DNA of 63,681 bases, filler included, from Lama guanicoe (taxonomy: Eukaryota), in the NCBI GenBank assembly GCA_013239625.1. It is 138 parts of 138 records of this genome, joined end to end, with 100 filler letters (N's around TTAATTAATTAA, not from the genome) between each part and the next. Parts side by side here need not be neighbours in the genome. Positions count along the whole stretch, not along the records: positions 49,878 to 50,240 come from PNXV01058221.1; positions 50,341 to 50,703 come from PNXV01058222.1; positions 50,804 to 51,166 come from PNXV01058223.1; positions 51,267 to 51,629 come from PNXV01058224.1; positions 51,730 to 52,092 come from PNXV01058225.1; positions 52,193 to 52,555 come from PNXV01058226.1; positions 52,656 to 53,015 come from PNXV01058227.1; positions 53,116 to 53,478 come from PNXV01058228.1; 130 more parts are not named here. One strand, 5' to 3'. Shown in pieces: positions 49,901-59,504 of the stretch (within the stretch, counting starts at the first letter, position 1; each line of letters begins with the position of its first letter). The translations under genes and the position numbers were made by a program. Under the pieces are notes generated by a model, which saw only the letters and a program-made list of their open reading frames with translations, searched no databases and was not told the origin of the DNA.

Positions 49901-50340
49901 GACTTTTTCTTGAAATTCTTCCAACTCCCATTCCTATCAAATTGACCATGAAAGCGGCACAGAAAGAGAGAGATGGATTTTTTTTTTAATGAAATAATTT
50001 CACTGGAAAAAATCTTACTAAGGGAGGAATTTTCTATCTCTGGAAATTTTTACAACACACCTTAGAAAACTGAGATTTAGTTAAGAAATAGCCCTTCCGT
50101 GAAGATTATAAAGCAGTATTTCCCAGCAGTGTGTTCTTGGAGGGACATAGTTCCACTTTTTGGAAACAGATGTGCTGTGGGGGAGATGTAGTTTTTAATC
50201 TATAGAAGCTGATTATATTTTCCATGGTCTCAAACATGCANNNNNNNNNNNNNNNNNNNNNNNNNNNNNNNNNNNNNNNNNNNNTTAATTAATTAANNNN
50301 NNNNNNNNNNNNNNNNNNNNNNNNNNNNNNNNNNNNNNNN

Positions 50341-50690
50341 TTTTTTCCAGTTTTATTGAGATATAATTGAAATATAATGATATATTGTATTAGTTTTAAG
50401 TGTACAACACGATGATTTAAGTATACATAGCAAAATGATTACCACAATAAGTTTACTTAACATCCATCACCTCACACAGTCACAAAATTATTTTCTTAAG
50501 ATGAGAGCTTTTAAGATCTAGTCTATTAAAACTTTCAAATATATTGTTAACTTTAATCACCATGCTATATATTACATCCCCAGATTTATTTATCTTATAC
50601 TTGGAAGTTTGTACTTTTTGACCACCTTGACTAATTTCCCCCACCTACCATCCCCTGCTTCCGGCAACCACCAGTCTGTTCTCTTTGATT
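50341..50690 (-). mobile_element. L1MA/MB 3' end
   Basis: CAGTTTTATTGAGATATAATTGA..ACATCCATCACCTCACA..GGCAACCACCAGTCTGTTCTC. Confidence 0.88.
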
Positions 50691-50919
50691 TTTTTTTTTT
50701 TTTNNNNNNNNNNNNNNNNNNNNNNNNNNNNNNNNNNNNNNNNNNNNTTAATTAATTAANNNNNNNNNNNNNNNNNNNNNNNNNNNNNNNNNNNNNNNNN
50801 NNNGATTCTAACATGCTCCTTGTCTCACACTTCAACATCTCTGACGTGGGAAGGCAATTTAAAATTCATGTCTTAACCATAGTTGGCAGCTCCTCCCAGG
50901 CCCGTCCCACCGCTGTTAC

Positions 50920-51134
50920 CTGTTCTTCCTGTCTCTGCTGTCTACGACATTTCTCTTGTATGTCAGCAACTCCTCCACTGTACACCTGTCACCTAAATAT
51001 GCGGCTCTGTGGAACTCCTTCAGCTCGCTCACATCGACGTGATACCCAGGCACGGGCTTCTCATGATCCCTGCGCGCTTTCTGGTGGGTGCTGACGCCCA
51101 CCCAGCTCACTAACTTCACGAGTCTCTTCTTCAT
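50920..51134 (-). CDS. First coding exon of an ANKRD26/ANKRD30/POTE-family ankyrin-repeat gene
   Basis: MKKRL..PGYHVDVSELKEFHRAAYLGDRCTVEELLTYKRNVVDSRDRKNR resembles ANKRD26 PGYHVRDRDLGKIHKAA..GNVAKVQQIL..NDRDKMNR. It ends at phase-2 donor AG|GTAACA, so the TAA in the ORF track is intronic. Confidence 0.85.
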
Positions 51135-52655
51135 CTGGCTTATCGCCTTCCGACACCGCTCACTTCNNNNNNNNNNNNNNNNNNNNNNNNNNNNNNNNNN
51201 NNNNNNNNNNTTAATTAATTAANNNNNNNNNNNNNNNNNNNNNNNNNNNNNNNNNNNNNNNNNNNNGTAGCTTTTCTACTACTGAAACTCCCTGACCCCC
51301 GTTTCCTTTCCTATTAAGGGGGGGAAAACGGTAACACTTCTGAGAGGGCTGCTGTTAGGAAAAGCAGAAGAAACAGTTTCCTTTGTCTCCACGTAGGGAA
51401 GAGGCCGAGCACGCTTGCCTGGTGGCCGCCTGAGTCGCTAGGCTGGAGACGGGGGAGGTCTCTCACCATCATGAGCTACAGCACGGGGGACATCTGCTCC
51501 AGTCAGGGTCCAGTGCAGTTTCCTTTTCAGTCTTGTCACAGGCTATCTAGAAGCTGGCTACTTTATCAACTATACTTTGGTTTGGAAAACAGCAGCCACT
51601 TAAGGACTTTATACAGAAAATAACTTAATNNNNNNNNNNNNNNNNNNNNNNNNNNNNNNNNNNNNNNNNNNNNTTAATTAATTAANNNNNNNNNNNNNNN
51701 NNNNNNNNNNNNNNNNNNNNNNNNNNNNNCTTCCTTCACCTGGGAGAAGAGAAGTCATTATCATTTCTCTCAGTAAGCTGATTTGTGAAATATGTGTGCA
51801 TTATAATACGCAAACCGGTGGCAGATGATGGTTAAATTTGGCATTTGAATGTTGTATCTGTATCTTCTAACATCATTGCTTCTGTTACATTTCGGTATTT
51901 GTAGAACCTAAAGATGTTACAATCTCTGGAAATTTTTTTTGCTATTATCCCCTTTTCTCAATTGTTCTGACATCTACTGGACACATGGAGTCTTAGCTTA
52001 TAGAAAAATAAAAGTCTTGTTTCCATTAGTGCTATTTTATTTTTTCTTCTAGATGCCCATACCTTGGCCCTTGAACTTTTTTCTTTTTTTTTNNNNNNNN
52101 NNNNNNNNNNNNNNNNNNNNNNNNNNNNNNNNNNNNTTAATTAATTAANNNNNNNNNNNNNNNNNNNNNNNNNNNNNNNNNNNNNNNNNNNNTCTTTAAA
52201 AATTTTAAGTATTTTCCTTCTCACTTTTGATTATGTGAATCTTTGTGAAGATAAGTTTATCTGTCAGTTTCTGGAAGTTACCTGTAACATTTGGTCCATG
52301 AAAAAGAATTATTCTTTCCAACACATTAATACTTTATTGAACAAACTAGATGATGTCCCTAAAGATCACATCTCAGAACTGTAGCAAGTACAGGCAGCCC
52401 AGCCCTAATCACATTCACCCTTTTGATCATTTATTCCTACCGTTCAAAATCTCTACTGCATGAAAATTCATATGAACAAAACCTGTGCCTAATATTTATA
52501 TCTCATTATCACAACGCAGGTGAATAAAAAGAAAAACTGTAGGAAAATAAATATTNNNNNNNNNNNNNNNNNNNNNNNNNNNNNNNNNNNNNNNNNNNNT
52601 TAATTAATTAANNNNNNNNNNNNNNNNNNNNNNNNNNNNNNNNNNNNNNNNNNNN

Positions 52656-52715
52656 GAGGTACTGGGGATTGAACCCAGGACCTCATGCATCCTAAGCATG
52701 AGCTATACCCTCCCC
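52656..52715 (-). mobile_element. Vic-1-type SINE 5' part with an internal deletion
   Basis: GAGGTACTGGGGATTGAACCCAGGACCTCATGCATCCTAAGCATGAGCTATACCCTCCCC. Confidence 0.85.
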
Positions 52716-52719
52716 TTCT

Positions 52720-53015
52720 ACGTAAATTTTAGAAACAACATTTCAAGTTCCATGAACAATTCTGTAAGAATTCTGTTAGGTCAATTTGGGAACAACTAAC
52801 ATTTTTAGGATAATGAGAATTTGTCTTTATCAATATATATCTATATTTATCAGGTCTTATAAATATTTCTTTAGTAAAGTTGTATGATTTTCTCAAGTTT
52901 AACACATTAGATTTATTCCTGGGTTTCTCTTAAGTTTTATTCCTCTTACAAAAGATTTTTAAATTAGGTTTTCTATTTATTAAGGGTATGTAGAAATGCA
53001 GTTGAATTTTGAATA
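52720..53015 (-). mobile_element. Old L1M ORF2 fragment
   Basis: GTAAATTTTAGAAACAAC..CAATTTGGGAACAACTAACATTTT..TTAGATTTATTCCTGGG..TGTAGAAATGCAGTTGA. Confidence 0.65.
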
Positions 53016-54054
53016 NNNNNNNNNNNNNNNNNNNNNNNNNNNNNNNNNNNNNNNNNNNNTTAATTAATTAANNNNNNNNNNNNNNNNNNNNNNNNNNNNN
53101 NNNNNNNNNNNNNNNTTGTCCAACAGACCTGGGCTTGGATCCTGTCTCGGGCTCCCAGGATCTGGGAGTCCCCACAAGGGTGGCTTCTGTATGGCCCCCA
53201 TGTACTCATCTGCAAAGTGGAGCCGTAGCAGGTGCCCCCAGGATTGCTGCTGTGGGGATCCAGCGCCTGGAACATGATGGAGCCCAGTGGTGGTCCCCTC
53301 CCTCCGTGAGCCTTGCTGTTCGCTCCAGGCCTGCGAGTGCACAGCTTGGTGGAGGCGGCCTTGCCCACACCTGCCTCCACCACCTTCTCACCCCCAGCAC
53401 ACAATCCGAGCGTCCACTCCAGGCTGTAGCTGCTTTCCAGACAGGAGGGCTGTGGGGTGGGCTGCCAGGGGCTGGGATNNNNNNNNNNNNNNNNNNNNNN
53501 NNNNNNNNNNNNNNNNNNNNNNTTAATTAATTAANNNNNNNNNNNNNNNNNNNNNNNNNNNNNNNNNNNNNNNNNNNNTTCTAAGGTATGCAACTAAGTG
53601 GAAATAGCAATATATGGAGATTTATGTAACAATCTAGTTTTCTGAAAAAGGATGGATGAGAATATATATTTGTTTGCCTGTGTATGCACAAATTGGTAAG
53701 TTATATAGGAAACTGAAAAGAGCAGTTGTCTTTGGTTGGGGAGAACTGCAGGGATTGGAGTCATGGGTGGGAAGGAGACTTTATGCCATTTTATTTTTTC
53801 ATGTGAAATTTAAAAATTTTCAAAATGCAATGATTAAGAGTAAACCTAGAATTCTAACACTCACACTGATTAAAATAAACATGGACTCAAAAAGGCAAGA
53901 AAATTTTAAAGACAGTATATGTATATGGCAGAGAACATTCANNNNNNNNNNNNNNNNNNNNNNNNNNNNNNNNNNNNNNNNNNNNTTAATTAATTAANNN
54001 NNNNNNNNNNNNNNNNNNNNNNNNNNNNNNNNNNNNNNNNNGGGACGTGCCTCT

Positions 54055-54172
54055 AGCTGACCTACGCTGTATATTTTGTCAAGAGGAAAGTCAACTTTGA
54101 TTGATCAAGACTCCTGAAATTTAGGAGGTTTGCTTGTTATTGCAGTGGAACATAGCCCATCCTGACTAACAA
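54055..54172 (+). mobile_element. MLT1 LTR 3' end
   Basis: CTGAAATTTAGGAGGTTTGCTTGTTATTGCAGTGGAACATAGCCCATCCTGACTAACA. Confidence 0.65.
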
Positions 54173-54504
54173 AACTGCTCCTTAAAAATAGAGATTTTCA
54201 GGCCACATTAAACCTCCTGAATTAGAATCTGGAGCAGTTGAAGCCTGGAATTCTCAATTTTTAGCAAGATCTACAAATGCTAGGCTTCCTAAATGTTTAC
54301 AACTAATGGTGCACAGAAATGTTAGTTTAAAAAAATTAGGAAATGTGTATCAGGTCCAGATTATAAAGGGTCTTAAATGCTAGACTGGGGACTTTGGCTT
54401 CTGTNNNNNNNNNNNNNNNNNNNNNNNNNNNNNNNNNNNNNNNNNNNNTTAATTAATTAANNNNNNNNNNNNNNNNNNNNNNNNNNNNNNNNNNNNNNNN
54501 NNNN

Positions 54505-54867
54505 TTTTGAGGAATCTCCACACTGTTTTCCATAGTGGGGTTTGCAGCCTTCTGTATTCAGTGTTTGTAGATATCCCATGTGTAATTTAAAAGAGGATGG
54601 ATTCTTCATTTGTTGAGTGCCGATATCTGCACGTGTCAATTAAATCATGTTGGCTAGGAACGCTGTTAAAAATTTCCAGTTCTTCTGTATCTGTACTAAT
54701 TTTTTGTCCACTTCTGCCAGTTCCTGAAAGATCTGCATTGAACTCTTCCACTGTGGGGATTTGCCTTTTCACTCTTTACTTCTGTCAGTTTTTACATTAA
54801 TATTTTGACACTATGCTATTCAGTGCATATCAGTGGACCTTTTATTATCATGAAGCAGCCCTCTTTA
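54505..54867 (-). mobile_element. L1 fragments (short younger piece abutting an old L1M ORF2 start)
   Basis: TTTTGAGGAATCTCCACACTGTTTTCCATAGTGG, then antisense of an ORF2-like peptide PTVEEFNADLSGTGRSGQKISTDTEEL..DLID. Confidence 0.75.
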
Positions 54868-54967
54868 NNNNNNNNNNNNNNNNNNNNNNNNNNNNNNNNN
54901 NNNNNNNNNNNTTAATTAATTAANNNNNNNNNNNNNNNNNNNNNNNNNNNNNNNNNNNNNNNNNNNN

Positions 54968-55331
54968 GAAGCCCTGCACGATCCCCAGCGGGTGGCTCAG
55001 CCAATCCTCTCCACAGGGCATCTCGCCGACGGGCCGGGGCCGGCGCGGCCCGGCGTCCGGCGCCGCGGCTCCTCCGCGGGGGCTCGGCCGCTCCTCGTCC
55101 GCACCCTCCCACGCAGGGTGAGCCTCGCGGCACGGGCCGCCCGGCCTCCCCGAGCCTCAGAGAACCGCGGCTGTGGCGGCGGCAGCCGAGGAGCTGCCGG
55201 CGACTGGCAGGCGGCGCGTGCGGGCCCCCAGCCTCCACTTCGCACAATGGCGGGAAATAGGCGCCGCCGACCGCGCTGCCTGCGACCTGGGTGGAGCTCT
55301 CGCGGGGAGGGGCGGCGGGAGCGCGCTGCGC
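54968..55331. promoter_or_regulatory. CpG island / 5'-end fragment with overlapping YY1- and E2F-like motif
   Basis: Very CpG-dense. AATGGCGGGAAA at 55246-55257 reads TTTCCCGCCATT on the minus strand. Confidence 0.75.
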
Positions 55332-55901
55332 NNNNNNNNNNNNNNNNNNNNNNNNNNNNNNNNNNNNNNNNNNNNTTAATTAATTAANNNNNNNNNNNNN
55401 NNNNNNNNNNNNNNNNNNNNNNNNNNNNNNNCTGGTCTTCCGGGTGGATTCAAAGAAAGCTGAGAGCCTTGTAGGAGTCAGACGAGAAGGAAGCCATCCA
55501 GCCACTGTTGGGCATGTGGACTCAAGGAAGTGGCTCATTGTTCATGGTCATGGGCAAGGTGGATGGGCCTTGTGAATACCATGGCTCCCTGGGAAATTCA
55601 TGTCCCTGAGCATTTCACCTCCTTGGGAGAGAGCTGGTGTGACTCCACCTGTGATGTAACGTCTTTATAAAATCTGCACATGTGCACCCTCGTGTAGGGC
55701 TCAAGGTCATAGACATTCTAAGAATGTAAGAAGCCGATTCTGAGCCCTCCCAGGTGCAACACAGTTATGTGAATACGGTAAAACTAAAAGTATCTNNNNN
55801 NNNNNNNNNNNNNNNNNNNNNNNNNNNNNNNNNNNNNNNTTAATTAATTAANNNNNNNNNNNNNNNNNNNNNNNNNNNNNNNNNNNNNNNNNNNNCTTTA
55901 C

Positions 55902-55920
55902 CTGCGGTTGCCATGACAAC
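55902..55920 (-). promoter_or_regulatory. RFX X-box overlapping a candidate start codon and splice donor
   Basis: GTTGCCATGACAAC at 55907-55920 is one mismatch from the palindrome GTTGCCATGGCAAC. The minus strand reads GTC ATG GCA ACC GCA G|GTAAAG. Confidence 0.5.
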
Positions 55921-56822
55921 CCTCATCTGTGCTTTCCTAGTTCATCAGCCCAGCCGCTGACCATGCTGCACAGCCCACTTTGTTTGCCCGCCAAATCCGC
56001 TAAAAGAAAGACACTTTCCTTTCGGACCGCACCAGCGAGCATAATAGAGTCTGGGAATGTTTTAAGGTAGTGCTGCTTTCTGTATCTCATTTCTCTCTGA
56101 ATCACTTGGAGAAATTCCTTGGGGCTTTGAAGTGCAAATTTCAAGAGAAAAGTTCCAAGGGAATAGAACAGGTCTTCTGATTTGGGTTATGATCAACAGA
56201 CAACAGAACAGAAGTGACATGTGTATAACTAATATGTCCTTCTGCTTAAAAAAAAAAANNNNNNNNNNNNNNNNNNNNNNNNNNNNNNNNNNNNNNNNNN
56301 NNTTAATTAATTAANNNNNNNNNNNNNNNNNNNNNNNNNNNNNNNNNNNNNNNNNNNNTAGAGAAGTATTTTGAAGAAGACTTTATATTTCAGAAATTCA
56401 GTTTTTGTTTTTACTAAATTGCCCTTCTATGATTTTCTTTATTTCTCTACTAATTTTAGCTAATAGATCTAATTTAACTCTAAATTGTTGAATGTTTTGT
56501 AAACATTATGCAGAATCTTAGAAGTGAGCGACCAAAAGAGACACCTGAAAAACTAGTCAAAAAATTGTTTTATATTTTGTGAGGTATGGTTATTTTTCCA
56601 AGGTGCAGTTAAAATAACTTTAATTCCTATTATCAATTTCAGTTGTGAATGTGCTTTTGAATCTAAATATTGTATATATTTTCACTTCAATATAACATTT
56701 ATATAAGCATGTGCTTTAGTTTNNNNNNNNNNNNNNNNNNNNNNNNNNNNNNNNNNNNNNNNNNNNTTAATTAATTAANNNNNNNNNNNNNNNNNNNNNN
56801 NNNNNNNNNNNNNNNNNNNNNN

Positions 56823-57186
56823 GGGGGGGGTGTACAGACCCAAAGGGAGCCCCATCTCTCAGGGGCCAGGGGAGGGGGTGCCAATGGCCCCACGCCCTCC
56901 CTCAGGTGGGCCGCCAGCTGGTACTTCTGAGCGTGTTTGTCGGCCTTCAGGTGGAGCTGTAAGTTGGCCTATAGCTGGGTGCCACAGCAGCAGAGCTTGC
57001 AGCGGTGGGTGTCACCGGCCACCTTCTTCCACTCGGCCCCCGGGAGGCTCCCACCCACACTGCAGGGGCAGAGCAGCAGCTCCAGGCCATCTGTGCTGAA
57101 GGCCTGGCACACGAGGCAGCAGAACACCTTCAGGGACGGGCTGTCATCTGGGGGCAGCGAGGTGGGCAGCCCATCAGACAAGGAGC
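56823..57186 (-). pseudogene. ZFHX2: Disabled ZFHX2 zinc-finger region fragment
   Basis: Minus strand DSPSLKVFCCLVCQAFSTDGLELLLCPCSVGGSLPGAEWKKVAGDTHRCKLCCCGTQL*ANLQLHLKADKHAQKYQLAAHLREG matches recalled ZFHX2. TAG at 56969-56971 and apparent frameshifts near 56892 and 56866. Confidence 0.85.
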
Positions 57187-57355
57187 NNNNNNNNNNNNNN
57201 NNNNNNNNNNNNNNNNNNNNNNNNNNNNNNTTAATTAATTAANNNNNNNNNNNNNNNNNNNNNNNNNNNNNNNNNNNNNNNNNNNNGGAGTCGGCCGCTC
57301 TGAGGGGCAAGTTCACTGGTGAGCGTTCATGTCAAACAAGCAGTTTTCTCCACAG

Positions 57356-57431
57356 TCACAACCAGAGGCTTTAAAGGGATCTTACGATTGTTCAGAGAAG
57401 TTTAATCAGAAGACAGCAGTCAGTAAAGACG
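57356..57431 (+). CDS. Candidate 76-bp exon, product unknown
   Basis: Acceptor TTTTCTCCACAG, donor G|GTAAGT and open frame SQPEALKGSYDCSEKFNQKTAVSKD. Confidence 0.3.
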
Positions 57432-58214
57432 GTAAGTTTTAAACCAAAGACTCCAAATGAACTGCCACCTATATACCTACATTTATTTGACCTAGAATTT
57501 ACTATGACAGCCTTGACTGTAAGGTGAAATTTTCACACTTAGCTTACTATATATCTAAATCTGCAGGAGAAAATTAGGGTAAACAGCTATCACACACATT
57601 TATCATAAACCAATTTATATATGTATATCATAAACCATTATATAAACCAANNNNNNNNNNNNNNNNNNNNNNNNNNNNNNNNNNNNNNNNNNNNTTAATT
57701 AATTAANNNNNNNNNNNNNNNNNNNNNNNNNNNNNNNNNNNNNNNNNNNNTTGATATCTTGAAACAGTGCTGTGTGTGGAATTGTTTTTTCTCGGCATAC
57801 CCCTAGAGGCAACATTCAGACCTCACCGTAAGGCTCAGAGGTGGAAGACTGTGGAGTGATGTGGGTGAAGAAACACTGTGTGTGATGTGATGTGCTTTGA
57901 AGCACAGGAGGTCTGAATTCTAAGCTGAGCTTAATTCCTTGTATGCCCCTGTACTCATCAAAGTCTCTTTCCGGGCCTCACAGCTCCTTATCCCAAGATG
58001 ATCATCAAGTCCCTCCCAGTGCTGTGACTTTGAGCTGCTGATACACATCTTCTCCAGTGTTTCCCTTTGGCCTCAGGTGCACTGTAGCTTGGGGATGGAA
58101 TCAACAATGATTTCNNNNNNNNNNNNNNNNNNNNNNNNNNNNNNNNNNNNNNNNNNNNTTAATTAATTAANNNNNNNNNNNNNNNNNNNNNNNNNNNNNN
58201 NNNNNNNNNNNNNN

Positions 58215-58577
58215 CATAATGGCTACACCAAGCATATGATCTAGCAATCCAACTCCTGGGCATATATCAAGAGGGAACTCTAAATTGAAAAGATACATGC
58301 ACCCAAATATCAATAACAGCAAAATATACAATAGCCAAGATGTGGAAACAGCCTAAATGTCCATTGACATATGACACTATAAAGAAGCAGTGTTATATTT
58401 ATACAATGGAATACTATTTAGCCATAAAAAAGAATAAAATCATAACATGGATGGATCTAGAGATCATTTTTAAGTGAAGGAAGGAAGAAAGAGAAAGAAA
58501 ATATATGGTATCACTGATATGTGAAATCTAAGAAATGAAAGAAAAGGAACACAGTAATGAACTCATCTACAAAGTAG
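58215..58577 (+). mobile_element. L1 3' portion with a probable 5' inversion junction
   Basis: The first 17 bp (CATAATGGCTACACCAA) are antisense L1. Sense L1 CATATGATCTAGCAATCC..GATACATGCACCC follows. Confidence 0.85.
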
Positions 58578-59141
58578 NNNNNNNNNNNNNNNNNNNNNNN
58601 NNNNNNNNNNNNNNNNNNNNNTTAATTAATTAANNNNNNNNNNNNNNNNNNNNNNNNNNNNNNNNNNNNNNNNNNNNATCTACATGTAGATTAGTAGTAC
58701 TAGCGCCCACTTAAGAAAGAAACGATGTCTCAGAGGAAACTATTCTGTTTAGTGACAAAAAGAAACAGAAATGAAATCTTACCTTTGTAAATATTCTGTA
58801 TATAATAGAAGCTGAATTACTCTTGCAAACAAAAGGTAAGGTAAATATGAGCTGAATTACTATCATGACTAAACAAACACCTTCAGGTCATTTCATGGGA
58901 TTAAAATTTTGAATGACAAAGAAATTAACTACAAATACAAATCTTCCAGTATGTTTAAATTCAGATCATTTCCACAAAATATACAGGCAAATTTGTTATA
59001 AAGTGGCTTCCGTTAGCATAATGAGGGGTGAAATCATAAAANNNNNNNNNNNNNNNNNNNNNNNNNNNNNNNNNNNNNNNNNNNNTTAATTAATTAANNN
59101 NNNNNNNNNNNNNNNNNNNNNNNNNNNNNNNNNNNNNNNNN

Positions 59142-59504
59142 ACCTGCCGCACTGTTACCAGATCACATCATTCCTTGCTCACACAATTTGGCCAGCACTC
59201 TACTGCTTAAATGGTGAAGTCCAAACTCCTTAGTCCGGCATTCATGACCCTGTAAGGCTCAACTACGATATACCTCTCCAAAAAGCTCACTGTAAGTTAA
59301 GTTAATACTCTGGCCAAATGATCTATAAGTTAAATTCTGAATAGACCACAGCATCTCCCACCTAGTTTCTCTTGCTTATGCTGTTCTTTCTCCCTGGAAT
59401 GCCTCATTTACCCTGTTTACTTCCGCAAGACCCACCCAGGTATTAAGGTCTAGTGGAAACCCTCTATCCTCTAGGAAGGCTTTTCATACAACGCAGATAA
59501 TTCT
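59142..59504 (+). mobile_element. L2 fragment
   Basis: AAGTCCAAACTCCTTAGTCCGGCATTCATGACCCT..TTGCTTATGCTGTTCTTTCTCCCTGGAATGCC..CTCTAGGAAGGCTTT. Confidence 0.7.

Noticed and set aside
56513..56583. Exon-like segment CAG|AATCTTAGAAGT...GAG|GTATGG
   Set aside because: All three frames contain a stop and the acceptor is weak.
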